From: a virus
Lineage: Duplodnaviria; Caudoviricetes
DNA length: 31,048 nucleotides
Virus record (IMG/VR): IMGVR_UViG_3300043443_000278
Span: 1-31,048 of that record
Direction: 5' to 3' (one strand)
In this document: positions 24,152-31,048 of the stretch, one piece after another
How positions within the stretch are numbered: position 1 is the first letter of the stretch
Layout of the letters: each line of letters opens with the position of its first letter
Translations under genes and position numbers: made by a program
The notes under the pieces: generated by a model
Databases searched by the model: none
Told to the model about the DNA's origin: nothing
What the model saw: the letters and a program-made list of their open reading frames with translations, nothing else

Positions 24152-24410
24152 TTGTATCCCTTGCTTTCGCAATAACTTTTAGAGCATTAGATTGTGCTTC
24201 TGCTAGGTCATCTGGCATCAAAGAAAGTTGTTCGTTTACCCATTCCATTTCGTTCATTAGCATTTCTAATGCGTTTAGTAATGGTTCTCGCTCCGCAGCG
24301 GCGACAAGGTTAGCAAACCGTTCAAGTTTGTTTGCCCACACTGAACCATAATGCTGCTCATCTAGGCAATCAGCCTCATGTGCCATGCGGATAACATCAT
24401 CGCGGTTCAT
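24138..24410 (-). CDS. Hypothetical protein, same family (N-terminal half)
   Basis: MNRDDVIRMAHEA...LERFANLVAAAERE. Confidence 0.75.
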   Translation of the reverse strand: MNRDDVIRMAHEADCLDEQHYGSVWANKLERFANLVAAAEREPLLNALEMLMNEMEWVNEQLSLMPDDLAEAQSNALKVIAKARDTNERR

Positions 24411-24727
24411 TTCTCACCCCTTGCACGGATGGCGGCGATGCACGATTTGACGCCGTCCAAATACCCTTGACGCCAACTGTCGCCCAAAGCCTCGCAGTCC
24501 TCGATACACGCCTCACGCTCGGCAGCAACGGCGAGGTCACATAGTCTCCAAGTGGCTTCGCTCACAGATGACGAACATGCGCCAGTCTGCCATTCACCGT
24601 TTGTAAGAAGCCCAACCAGCGCAACATTTGTTAACTCACCAGACTTGGCTTGTTCAAGAAAATGCTCCAACAACTCAACTACGATTGGGTTATGGATAAT
24701 TTTTGTATCTGTACTAGGGCGGCTCAT
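24407..24727 (-). CDS. Hypothetical protein, same family (C-terminal half)
   Basis: ...AVAAEREAC...CIAAIRARGEK; ATGA-coupled start at 24727. Confidence 0.7.
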   Translation of the reverse strand: MSRPSTDTKIIHNPIVVELLEHFLEQAKSGELTNVALVGLLTNGEWQTGACSSSVSEATWRLCDLAVAAEREACIEDCEALGDSWRQGYLDGVKSCIAAIRARGEK

Positions 24728-24936
24728 TGTTTTCTCCACTCAGCAATAACATCTAGGGCGCATTCATTAACGATATCAGCAATGTCTTCAGGTACATCAA
24801 CGTTGCAACCGCAACACCCGCAACCAGCATCCTCAAACTTATGAGGCTGTTCATCACCAAGGTCGTGCACGTTGACACCCTGGCGCAAAGCCCATCGCAA
24901 CGCTTTCTTCAAAGTTTCAACTTCAGTGCTCATCAC
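24724..24936 (-). CDS. Hypothetical protein with GCGCC motif
   Basis: 70-aa coupled ORF. Confidence 0.6.
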   Translation of the reverse strand: MMSTEVETLKKALRWALRQGVNVHDLGDEQPHKFEDAGCGCCGCNVDVPEDIADIVNECALDVIAEWRKQ

Positions 24937-25181
24937 TTCATCTCCCGTGCCTTGAGCATGGCGTCTGCCATCATGTACGCATCAAGTGCAATTCCCATTC
25001 GCCAATTTTCATCACTGAACAATCCACTGCCTTTAGCCGCTTCAAGCGTTGCGTCTGAGTAGACTGCTGGTAATGCCTTTGCCGCAAAATAATCGCGCAA
25101 AGTCATGCCAACCCATTGCGTTCTATCATGGGTTGGAAATGCCGGACCACCCATGCGTTTGACATCTTCGTTGGTCATCAC
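24933..25181 (-). CDS. Conserved phage protein (GGPAFP...GMTLRDYFAAKA family)
   Basis: GGPAFP, GMTLRDYFAAKA and AY.MADAMLKAR motifs. Confidence 0.8.
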   Translation of the reverse strand: MMTNEDVKRMGGPAFPTHDRTQWVGMTLRDYFAAKALPAVYSDATLEAAKGSGLFSDENWRMGIALDAYMMADAMLKAREMK

Positions 25182-25402
25182 TTCACCTCTCGCGGAACAA
25201 AACTCTGCTCCAACCCCATAATCAGGGTTTCAATCTGACGGATGAGGTCTTCTGGCTCTTCATCATAGAAGAATTCCCATGCCTCAACATCTTCACAATA
25301 ATCCATCATCATATCAAAGATTGCTTGAATGCCAACGCCTTCAGGATAAGAACTCAGAAATTGGTCAAGCGCAAACTTCTCATAAGCATTCAATGCGTTC
25401 AT
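25178..25402 (-). CDS. Acidic hypothetical protein
   Basis: 74-aa coupled ORF. Confidence 0.65.
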   Translation of the reverse strand: MNALNAYEKFALDQFLSSYPEGVGIQAIFDMMMDYCEDVEAWEFFYDEEPEDLIRQIETLIMGLEQSFVPREVK

Positions 25403-25566
25403 TACTTATTTTCCTCAAACGATTGCATCCACTGGAACAGAATCTCGCGAGCCTCAGCCCTGCTGACACCAAACACCTCAACAAGATATGGAGCAGCACC
25501 AAACATGTTGGTCGCGCCAGTATCGCGGAGCGTGTTTAGGAAATCGTAATACTTCTGATTGTCCAT
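25402..25566 (-). CDS. Small conserved phage protein (LRDTGATNMFGAAPYL)
   Basis: Not in the ORF track. MDNQKYYDFLNTLRDTGATNMFGAAPYLVEVFGVSRAEAREILFQWMQSFEENK*. Confidence 0.75.
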   Translation of the reverse strand: MDNQKYYDFLNTLRDTGATNMFGAAPYLVEVFGVSRAEAREILFQWMQSFEENK

Positions 25567-25821
25567 TTATTCACCCTTGAAAAATTTCAAAGCATCAACG
25601 ATGCGGCTGTGGTTGACCTGCGCTTCCAGTTTGGAAGTGTACATCGCAACGACTTCTGAGCGAGAATCGTTGGTGTCATCGAACAGGCAAGTTTCCCAAC
25701 GGTCAGGGTCACGCATCATCTTCGGCAGACGCACCGTGGACACCGTGACATGCCCGACAACGGTCACATCAATCTGCCATGACGCAACGAATTCATTGGG
25801 GTCAAAATTTGTCTTCAACAT
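25567..25821 (-). CDS. Hypothetical protein
   Basis: VSTV...WETCLF...Y.S..EA...H motif; GAGG RBS. Confidence 0.7.
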   Translation of the reverse strand: MLKTNFDPNEFVASWQIDVTVVGHVTVSTVRLPKMMRDPDRWETCLFDDTNDSRSEVVAMYTSKLEAQVNHSRIVDALKFFKGE

Positions 25822-25998
25822 TTAGTATACCTCAAACAGAGTGGCAACCGCACCATTGGCGGCAGGAGACTTCGCAATCACCTTGGCATCACGCTCCATG
25901 GCGCGACGTGCCGCAGCAAGAGTCTTGAAATACTTGCCCTGCTGCGTCCACAGGAAACCCCGTGTTGTCTCGATGATTGTAACGGTTTGCTTCAACAT
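25822..25998 (-). CDS. 58-aa hypothetical protein
   Basis: Not in the ORF track. MLKQTVTIIETTRGFLWTQQGKYFKTLAAARRAMERD...FEVY*; TAATG coupling. Confidence 0.65.
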   Translation of the reverse strand: MLKQTVTIIETTRGFLWTQQGKYFKTLAAARRAMERDAKVIAKSPAANGAVATLFEVY

Positions 25999-26381
25999 TA
26001 CTTCTTGCCCTTTTTCTTCTTGGCATCTTCGGCTTCGGCTTCCGCCAGTTCCTTGCGCAACTTCGCAAGACGGGCAACACGTGCCTTTTCCTTGCGTTCC
26101 TTAGCCAACTGGCGTTCAATCTTCGCCTGTTCTTTTTCCTTGGCTTCGCGGACCTTGCGAGCAGCATCTTCCTTCTGGTGTTCTTTCCACCAGTTCATAT
26201 GCTGCTGCTTGGTGATGCCGACTTCCTTCCAGTTGATACGGTCAACAATGGTGGGGTCAATCTGCATGATGCCGCACAGGACAGCCTCAAACTTCTCAAC
26301 CATCTTTTCCATCTTGCGCACTTCGCTGTATGCGCTGTTGTAGCCGCGATCGTACGAGTCATCACCATTATAGCAAGGCAT
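25998..26381 (-). CDS. Hypothetical early protein with charged coiled-coil tail
   Basis: MPC...LC...WWKEHQKED..R motif; first gene after promoter copy 3. Confidence 0.75.
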   Translation of the reverse strand: MPCYNGDDSYDRGYNSAYSEVRKMEKMVEKFEAVLCGIMQIDPTIVDRINWKEVGITKQQHMNWWKEHQKEDAARKVREAKEKEQAKIERQLAKERKEKARVARLAKLRKELAEAEAEDAKKKKGKK

Positions 26382-26413
26382 TTTCTTTCTCTCTCACTTC
26401 ACTCTATAGTTAA

Positions 26414-26491
26414 ACTATACTCTATTGCGCAATAAACACAATAGCAAAAAACTCAATAGAATCAATCACTTAGCAGAATCAATCACTTAGC
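26414..26491 (-). promoter_or_regulatory. Early promoter with duplicated IHF-like box (copy 3)
   Basis: AATCAATCACTTA twice, TTGTGT-N16-TATAGT. Confidence 0.8.
26458..26491. repeat. Exact 17-bp tandem duplication AGAATCAATCACTTAGC
   Basis: 26458-26474 is identical to 26475-26491. Confidence 0.95.
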
Positions 26492-26695
26492 CGCGATGCC
26501 GAATTCAACCATGATTTCATCGGCGACCTCATCGTAATCGTCCTGGGAGACGCCATAGTTGCTACCATAGTAACTGTCTGCTTCCATATCCCGAGTGTGC
26601 CGATCGATGATAGCAATGATGCGATCGCGAATCGCCTTATCGGCAGCACTAATCTGAGTGAACTCAGCATCTTCACAAAACCAACGAGCCGTCAT
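26483..26695 (-). CDS. Hypothetical acidic protein
   Basis: Start MTARWF at 26695 with an AGGGG RBS. Confidence 0.65.
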   Translation of the reverse strand: MTARWFCEDAEFTQISAADKAIRDRIIAIIDRHTRDMEADSYYGSNYGVSQDDYDEVADEIMVEFGIAAK

Positions 26696-26705
26696 TTTCT
26701 TTCCC

Positions 26706-26876
26706 CTACAGAACTGCCAGAGATTCCATGATGTTGATGGCGTCTTCGACATCGCCGTCGATCTTGTACGTGCGATCCTGCACGCAGATCTCATAGCAAT
26801 AATTGCCGACATGGAACAGAACCATGTAGTTGTTATGCTTGTCGCGCATACTGCGAATGAAATGATAATTCTTCAT
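26706..26876 (-). CDS. 56-aa hypothetical protein
   Basis: Not in the ORF track. MKNYHFIRSMRDKHNNYMVLFHVGNY...LAVL*; fills the operon gap. Confidence 0.6.
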   Translation of the reverse strand: MKNYHFIRSMRDKHNNYMVLFHVGNYCYEICVQDRTYKIDGDVEDAINIMESLAVL

Positions 26877-26877
26877 A

Positions 26878-27060
26878 TTACATGCACCAGAAAGTTTCGT
26901 TGCTCGGGTCGCAGGAGAACGGCGTGTTCTCGGGAATCCAGATGTCCTTGTCCGAGAAGAGAGGGCGAACCTTCTTCATCTTCGGCTTCTGGATTTCGGC
27001 GAGTTGCGCCTGGAGCCGAGCGATCTCGGCGAGGATTTGCTTTTCAGTTTTCGTTTTCAT
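26878..27060 (-). CDS. Hypothetical early protein (probably leaderless)
   Basis: ATG lies 6 nt after the -10 hexamer with no RBS; ends TPFSCDPSNETFWCM. Confidence 0.7.
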   Translation of the reverse strand: MKTKTEKQILAEIARLQAQLAEIQKPKMKKVRPLFSDKDIWIPENTPFSCDPSNETFWCM

Positions 27061-27066
27061 AAGTAT

Positions 27067-27125
27067 ATTATGGCTGAATTCTGAAAAAAGGCAACCCGAA
27101 AAACTTCAATAGAATCAATGCATTG
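27067..27125 (-). promoter_or_regulatory. Early promoter with IHF-like box (copy 4)
   Basis: AATCAATGCATTG box (27113-27125), TTGCCT-N16-CATAAT. Confidence 0.75.
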
Positions 27126-27764
27126 CTAATCCCACAATCCATCGTAATATTTCGCGAACAGGCGGCGACCGTTTTCCATACGCTCTCTGTGCTTCTTCAT
27201 GCCATCATAGGCAATCTTGAAAGTATGATTAGGACCGTCAACAACTTGACTATAGGCAGAGCCTTCAACCTTTACGAAATCTAGGTCTATTTCGCCACTG
27301 TAATACTTTTCTTCCCAGTCAACGTTGTCTTGCTCAAACGTCCAAATCATCTCGTCCATGACCCAATCCCAACGTGCTTCATGGTGAGCATCAATATCCC
27401 ACTCATTTTCTTTTGGGGGAGCACTAGTTGAACGCAGATGCTCAGGAACATCTTCATCGTCAACGAACGGAGAACCGTACTTCTTTTCTTTCAGCTGCTT
27501 GAGCATAGGAACAATAATCAGCGACAATGTGCTGTTCATGTTCCAAGTGTCGTATGGGTCAATATGAATCTCGACTTTGCGCTTCCGCTTGGATTCAACC
27601 CATTGACAGAAACGCAGCAGCAAAGATGGCTCATTGCCACCAGAAAGCCACTCGCCAAACTTATGGACAGAATCATCTTCGTACTTGTCTTTCCAGAAAA
27701 GAATCTTTTCGGCAATCTGGTACGGACCAATGAAATTCGTGTAAGGACCAATCTTAACTTTCAT
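27126..27764 (-). CDS. Conserved hypothetical T4-like phage protein
   Basis: MKVKIGPY...IDPYDTWNM..TL..II.PMLKQLK...VD.EDVP..LR...RWDWV.DEMIW.FE...G.RLF.KYY..LWD; AAGGAG RBS. Confidence 0.8.
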   Translation of the reverse strand: MKVKIGPYTNFIGPYQIAEKILFWKDKYEDDSVHKFGEWLSGGNEPSLLLRFCQWVESKRKRKVEIHIDPYDTWNMNSTLSLIIVPMLKQLKEKKYGSPFVDDEDVPEHLRSTSAPPKENEWDIDAHHEARWDWVMDEMIWTFEQDNVDWEEKYYSGEIDLDFVKVEGSAYSQVVDGPNHTFKIAYDGMKKHRERMENGRRLFAKYYDGLWD

Positions 27765-27777
27765 ACAAGGCTCTCCT

Positions 27778-27785
27778 TATAAATA
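27778..27785 (+). promoter_or_regulatory. T4 late promoter TATAAATA
   Basis: Perfect consensus upstream of the only plus-strand cassette in the right half of the window. Confidence 0.85.
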
Positions 27786-27813
27786 CGGTATCTACCTAAT
27801 CTTGGGGAAAAGA

Positions 27814-28179
27814 ATGGCTGTAGAGAACATTCTACAAGAGGTCGGTATTAATGCGGGATTAATTGTGTCTGGATTGTTCGGATCTTTGTTAACTATCAAA
27901 AAAGGTCACGCTACACGACTCAGTAGTGTAGCCCTAAGCATTGCTGCGGGCGTTGGCTCTGCAAACTATATAACTCCGGTAGTGGTTGATTCTTTAAATC
28001 TTACTAACCAAAATCTTACTTTTGGAATTGCTTTTATTCTAGGTTTCCTTGGTCTAAGTGGCATAGACTTCGCCATCAAAAAGATATTGCCTGATGTCGA
28101 AGAAGCACCTGTCAAACGTAGACCTGCTAAGAAAAAAGCAGCAAAAAAGAAAACAGGGAAAAAGAAGCCTCAGAGGTAA
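27814..28179 (+). CDS. Holin-like multi-TM protein with basic tail
   Basis: About three TM segments (GLFGSLL, AAGVGSANYITP, GIAFILGFLG) and a K-rich C-terminus; under a late promoter. Confidence 0.65.
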   Translation: MAVENILQEVGINAGLIVSGLFGSLLTIKKGHATRLSSVALSIAAGVGSANYITPVVVDSLNLTNQNLTFGIAFILGFLGLSGIDFAIKKILPDVEEAPVKRRPAKKKAAKKKTGKKKPQR

Positions 28180-28185
28180 GTAGTT

Positions 28186-28587
28186 ATGGAATTTTTTCAG
28201 ATTATTAATATATTCGCAAACATACTGATTTGTATTGGTATGACTGGATTCTATGTGTTGCTGTTCGGTAACTCGCACAGCATTGTACACAAATGGCCAA
28301 TCATCCAGCACTGGTCGCTTAAAATTGCTATCGTATCCGTAATTGCGACCAGTGCTTGGAACGCGATGAATGTGGTCTATAAAATGGTTGTTCCCCGAGC
28401 TGTTGATGTGATAACTTATACCACTACACCAGTCGGGGAAGTTTTGATGAACGTTGGATTAGCATTTCTTTTTGCTTGGGTAGTCTACTTTCACAAATTT
28501 CATTTCGCGAAAGTAGCACCACCTAAGACTTCAACTAGAAAACCTGTGGTCAAAAACAAAAAGAAAGTTATCCCTCGTAAGAAGTAG
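28186..28587 (+). CDS. Three-TM membrane protein with basic tail
   Basis: GAGG RBS, three hydrophobic segments, K-rich C-terminus. Confidence 0.7.
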   Translation: MEFFQIINIFANILICIGMTGFYVLLFGNSHSIVHKWPIIQHWSLKIAIVSVIATSAWNAMNVVYKMVVPRAVDVITYTTTPVGEVLMNVGLAFLFAWVVYFHKFHFAKVAPPKTSTRKPVVKNKKKVIPRKK

Positions 28588-28993
28588 CATCAGCAGTATG
28601 ATGCTCGTCGCATCGGGTTACAACCCAACCACTGCCGCGAATTCTGCCTTTGTTGCCGCATTCTTCGCAGATGTTGTATGACATTTCTTCTGCCATCATG
28701 ACCATTCCGCGAATGACATCATTGCCACCATCAAAGTAGAAACGCAGACCGCCAAACTTCTCTTTGACTTGAGCAGCAACAACTTGCTCAATCTCTTCAT
28801 CATGAGGCGGGGGATACTTACGTTCCCAATCAATGTAGTTCTGTATTCTCTTACAGAGCGCATCAATCAAGTCAAACCAACCGTCACCGCACTCAAACCC
28901 AAACCCCATAGGAGTCTGAGTTACTGGTGCGTGACGGTCGCGAAAAATCTCAGGATACTTTTCGCAAAGTTCTTTATCTAGTTCTTCACGCAT
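28568..28993 (-). CDS. Conserved hypothetical phage protein
   Basis: GFECGDGWFDLIDALC...QVKEKFGGLRFY...ICEECG...CDEH. Confidence 0.8.
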   Translation of the reverse strand: MREELDKELCEKYPEIFRDRHAPVTQTPMGFGFECGDGWFDLIDALCKRIQNYIDWERKYPPPHDEEIEQVVAAQVKEKFGGLRFYFDGGNDVIRGMVMMAEEMSYNICEECGNKGRIRGSGWVVTRCDEHHTADATSYEG

Positions 28994-29442
28994 TACCGTC
29001 GCCCCTCAGCATAATCCATAGGATAGTCGGTACAAATCGCATAGCACTCTGATACGTCTTCATTATAAATTTCAGGCATTACTGCAACACTACCCTTGAC
29101 AGGTTGTTTGCCGGGAAACACCCACCAATATCTCTTACTGGTAAGAGTCATTGTATCAGCATGATGCCAAAAATAATTCATATTTGAACCATTAAGTGCA
29201 ACTGCGGCATCAATGTTCTTACAATGTACCCATAAATTATTACTTCTTTCTGCTAACCACATAGCAGAAACATCATAACTCGGCTCATCATGTCCAAGGT
29301 ACAGATTGCCGTACCCGTCAGCCCGAAGGTCAATTTCAACATCAAATCCTGCGGCGATCGCCATATCAATATATGCTGGGGAATTTTCCTTAGAAGGATT
29401 TGGTCCTATAAGGTTTCCGCGATGCGCGATAATCTTAGGCAT
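28993..29442 (-). CDS. GDPD/PLC-like phosphodiesterase-fold protein
   Basis: IAHRGN...ENSP.YI..A...GFDVEIDL...LGHD...WVHCKN...ICTDY. Confidence 0.8.
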   Translation of the reverse strand: MPKIIAHRGNLIGPNPSKENSPAYIDMAIAAGFDVEIDLRADGYGNLYLGHDEPSYDVSAMWLAERSNNLWVHCKNIDAAVALNGSNMNYFWHHADTMTLTSKRYWWVFPGKQPVKGSVAVMPEIYNEDVSECYAICTDYPMDYAEGRR

Positions 29443-29974
29443 TTTGCTGCAACCACTTCAGAACATTCTGAGGGGAAGTCTCACCATACGGGTCAGCGGG
29501 GCAGTTGTCTTCAAGACCAGGTTCAACAAACAACTTTTCGATAATGCCGTTCTTGATAACAGCAGCATAGCGCCAGCTGCGCAAACCGAAGCCAAGATTA
29601 TCCTTCTTAACTAGTGCGCCCATCTTCTTAGTAAACAAACCACTGCCGTCAGGGATGACCTGAACCTTCTCAAGATTTTGAGACTTTGCCCAAGCATTCA
29701 TAACAAAGGCATCATTGACCGAAATGCAATAGATGTTCTTAATACCATGAACCTGAAATTCATTGTGCAGTTTCTCGAAGTCAGGCAACTGATACGTTGA
29801 GCAGGTTGGTGTGAATGCGCCGGGAAGCGAGAATAGAACAACACGACGACGCTTGAACAGGTCGCCGCTCTTTACATCTTCCCAACGATACGGGTTTGGT
29901 CCGCCAACGGACTCATCGCGAACGCGAGTCTTAAAAACAACATTCTGCGGAACCTTCTTACCTTCTTCAATCAT
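29435..29974 (-). CDS. Peroxiredoxin (Prx5 / type II)
   Basis: FSLPGAFTPTCS, SVNDAFVMNAW, GFGLRSWRYA. Confidence 0.93.
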   Translation of the reverse strand: MIEEGKKVPQNVVFKTRVRDESVGGPNPYRWEDVKSGDLFKRRRVVLFSLPGAFTPTCSTYQLPDFEKLHNEFQVHGIKNIYCISVNDAFVMNAWAKSQNLEKVQVIPDGSGLFTKKMGALVKKDNLGFGLRSWRYAAVIKNGIIEKLFVEPGLEDNCPADPYGETSPQNVLKWLQQNA

Positions 29975-29994
29975 AGTAATCTCCTAATGTAAAA

Positions 29995-30084
29995 TGGCGG
30001 ATGTGGTAGGATTCGAACCTACGGATGGTTTCCCATCGACAGTTTTCAAGACTGTTCCATTAAACCAGGCTCTGGCACACATCC
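29995..30084 (-). tRNA. tRNA-Ser(TGA)
   Basis: Cloverleaf with loop CTTGAAA, long variable arm, discriminator G and CCA. Confidence 0.95.
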
Positions 30085-30091
30085 ATTAAAT

Positions 30092-30166
30092 TGGCTGAGG
30101 GACTAGGATTCGAACCTAGGTTCATGGAGTCAAAGTCCATTGTCCTGCCAGTTAGACGATCCCTCA
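30092..30166 (-). tRNA. tRNA-Gln(TTG)
   Basis: Loop CTTTGAC, U1-A72 pair, CCA encoded. Confidence 0.95.
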
Positions 30167-30176
30167 ATATGCAGTA

Positions 30177-30205
30177 ATTATAAACTACAGATTCTCAAAA
30201 GTCAA
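30177..30205 (-). promoter_or_regulatory. Sigma70-type promoter upstream of tRNA-Gln/Ser
   Basis: TTGACT-N17-TATAAT. Confidence 0.8.
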
Positions 30206-30621
30206 GTCTGTACTGGGGGCGGGTCGTCTGATTGTTTTTTTGACATTTGGTCTAAGACCTTTTTGCCTGCACCGCAAACGGCTTGCGCAATATTGGAGGC
30301 AAGAGTACCACCTTCAAATACGAAATCAATCTTGCCCTGAACGTTGTTGCCCATGTCAACCATCATAAGTTGACCTGCCTGCCGTTGGCAATTGTTTATG
30401 CTTACCGCAATCTTCACAAAATTGTAAGTTGGCTTCCCGTCATAGTGCGTGCGCCACTGGACAATCCAATACGGTTCATTTTCGCCCTTGATTACATCAA
30501 GTGAACCATTCTTATATTCCCAAACCATGCCGTCAGGCATCTTGGTAAATGTTGTCCAAGGACTTTCTTCTGCTGTAGCCAGCGAAGGAAAGAGGGCTAA
30601 TGCGGCAATCAATTTCTTCAT
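30202..30621 (-). CDS. Exported hypothetical protein within the tRNA cluster
   Basis: True start MKKLIAALALFPSLATAE (signal peptide) at 30621 with an AAGGA RBS; two Cys. The longer ORF-track frame merely crosses tRNAs. Confidence 0.75.
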   Translation of the reverse strand: MKKLIAALALFPSLATAEESPWTTFTKMPDGMVWEYKNGSLDVIKGENEPYWIVQWRTHYDGKPTYNFVKIAVSINNCQRQAGQLMMVDMGNNVQGKIDFVFEGGTLASNIAQAVCGAGKKVLDQMSKKQSDDPPPVQT

Positions 30622-30638
30622 AAAGATCCTTAATAAAG

Positions 30639-30714
30639 TGGAGCGGATGATGAGACTCGAACTCACGACAACTTCCTTGGCAAGGAAGAACTCTACCAAC
30701 TGAGTTACATCCGC
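30639..30714 (-). tRNA. tRNA-Gly(GCC)
   Basis: GCGGATG acceptor, loop TTGCCAA, discriminator U, CCA. Confidence 0.95.
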
Positions 30715-30719
30715 GTAAA

Positions 30720-30794
30720 TGGTAGCAGGAACGGGACTCGCACCCGTGACCCCCGGATTATGAGTCCGGTGTTCTGCTGCTGAACTATCCTGCA
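30720..30794 (-). tRNA. tRNA-Met(CAT), initiator-like and atypical
   Basis: Loop CTCATAA, U1.U72 mismatch, CCA; T-loop TGCGAGT and a D-loop lacking GG. Confidence 0.85.
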
Positions 30795-30800
30795 ACTGTC

Positions 30801-30876
30801 TGGTACCTCGTGACGGGTTCGAACCGCCGACATTCGCCGTGTAAAGGCGACACTCTACCAACTGAGTTAACGAGGC
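30801..30876 (-). tRNA. tRNA-Val(TAC)
   Basis: Loop TTTACAC, standard arms, CCA. Confidence 0.95.
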
Positions 30877-30891
30877 ATACATTCTATATAG

Positions 30892-30966
30892 TGGAGTTGC
30901 TGACAGGATTTGAACCTGCGTGAAACTGATTTGCAGTCAGCTGTCTAACCACTCAACCACAGCAAC
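30892..30966 (-). tRNA. tRNA-Cys(GCA)
   Basis: Loop CTGCAAA, discriminator U, CCA. Confidence 0.92.
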
Positions 30967-31048
30967 AAATAAATCTTGGTCGTCGTAAAGGGACTTTTCT
31001 CGCACCCAAGAATGCGCCGAACTAACGTACTCGGAACCGTCGCGATTG

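Noticed and set aside
30622-30882. N-terminal 87 aa of the 226-aa ORF
   Set aside because: It runs through three tRNA genes. The real start is the signal-peptide ATG at 30621.
1-31048. Stop-codon reassignment
   Set aside because: Conserved genes are full length in the standard code, TAA, TAG and TGA all end genes, and no suppressor tRNA is visible.

Overview
A 31-kb segment of a large T4-like (myovirus) phage genome. 1-11029 is a baseplate/tail/head-completion module: gp5 lacking a lysozyme, gp27-like hub, gp53, gp48, gp4, gp2, gp54-like tube protein, gp26, gp51, and a gp29-like tape measure carrying a phage tail lysozyme domain. Next come gp32, gp59 and gp33, then accessory genes: guaC, a SleB-type wall hydrolase, an exonuclease, phoH, a HAD hydrolase, a denV-like glycosylase, glutaredoxin, MazG-like, HNH, a GDPD-like protein and a peroxiredoxin. 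Many small early ORFs, a late two-gene membrane cassette and six tRNAs complete the window. The most notable signals are: (1) a circularly permuted, two-piece tmRNA (tag ANDSTYDMALAA) whose 93-nt intervening segment is almost entirely a 26-codon ORF with its own ribosome binding site; (2) a probable -1 frameshift fusing gp26 to gp51 just upstream of the tape measure; (3) four early promoters of identical geometry, each with an IHF-consensus box; (4) a bL12-C-terminal-domain-like protein ending in an SSB-like DDDIPF tail; (5) a late HAD enzyme with a T4-like capsid-targeting N-terminus. All product calls come from recognising motifs and synteny by eye; no database searches were run.
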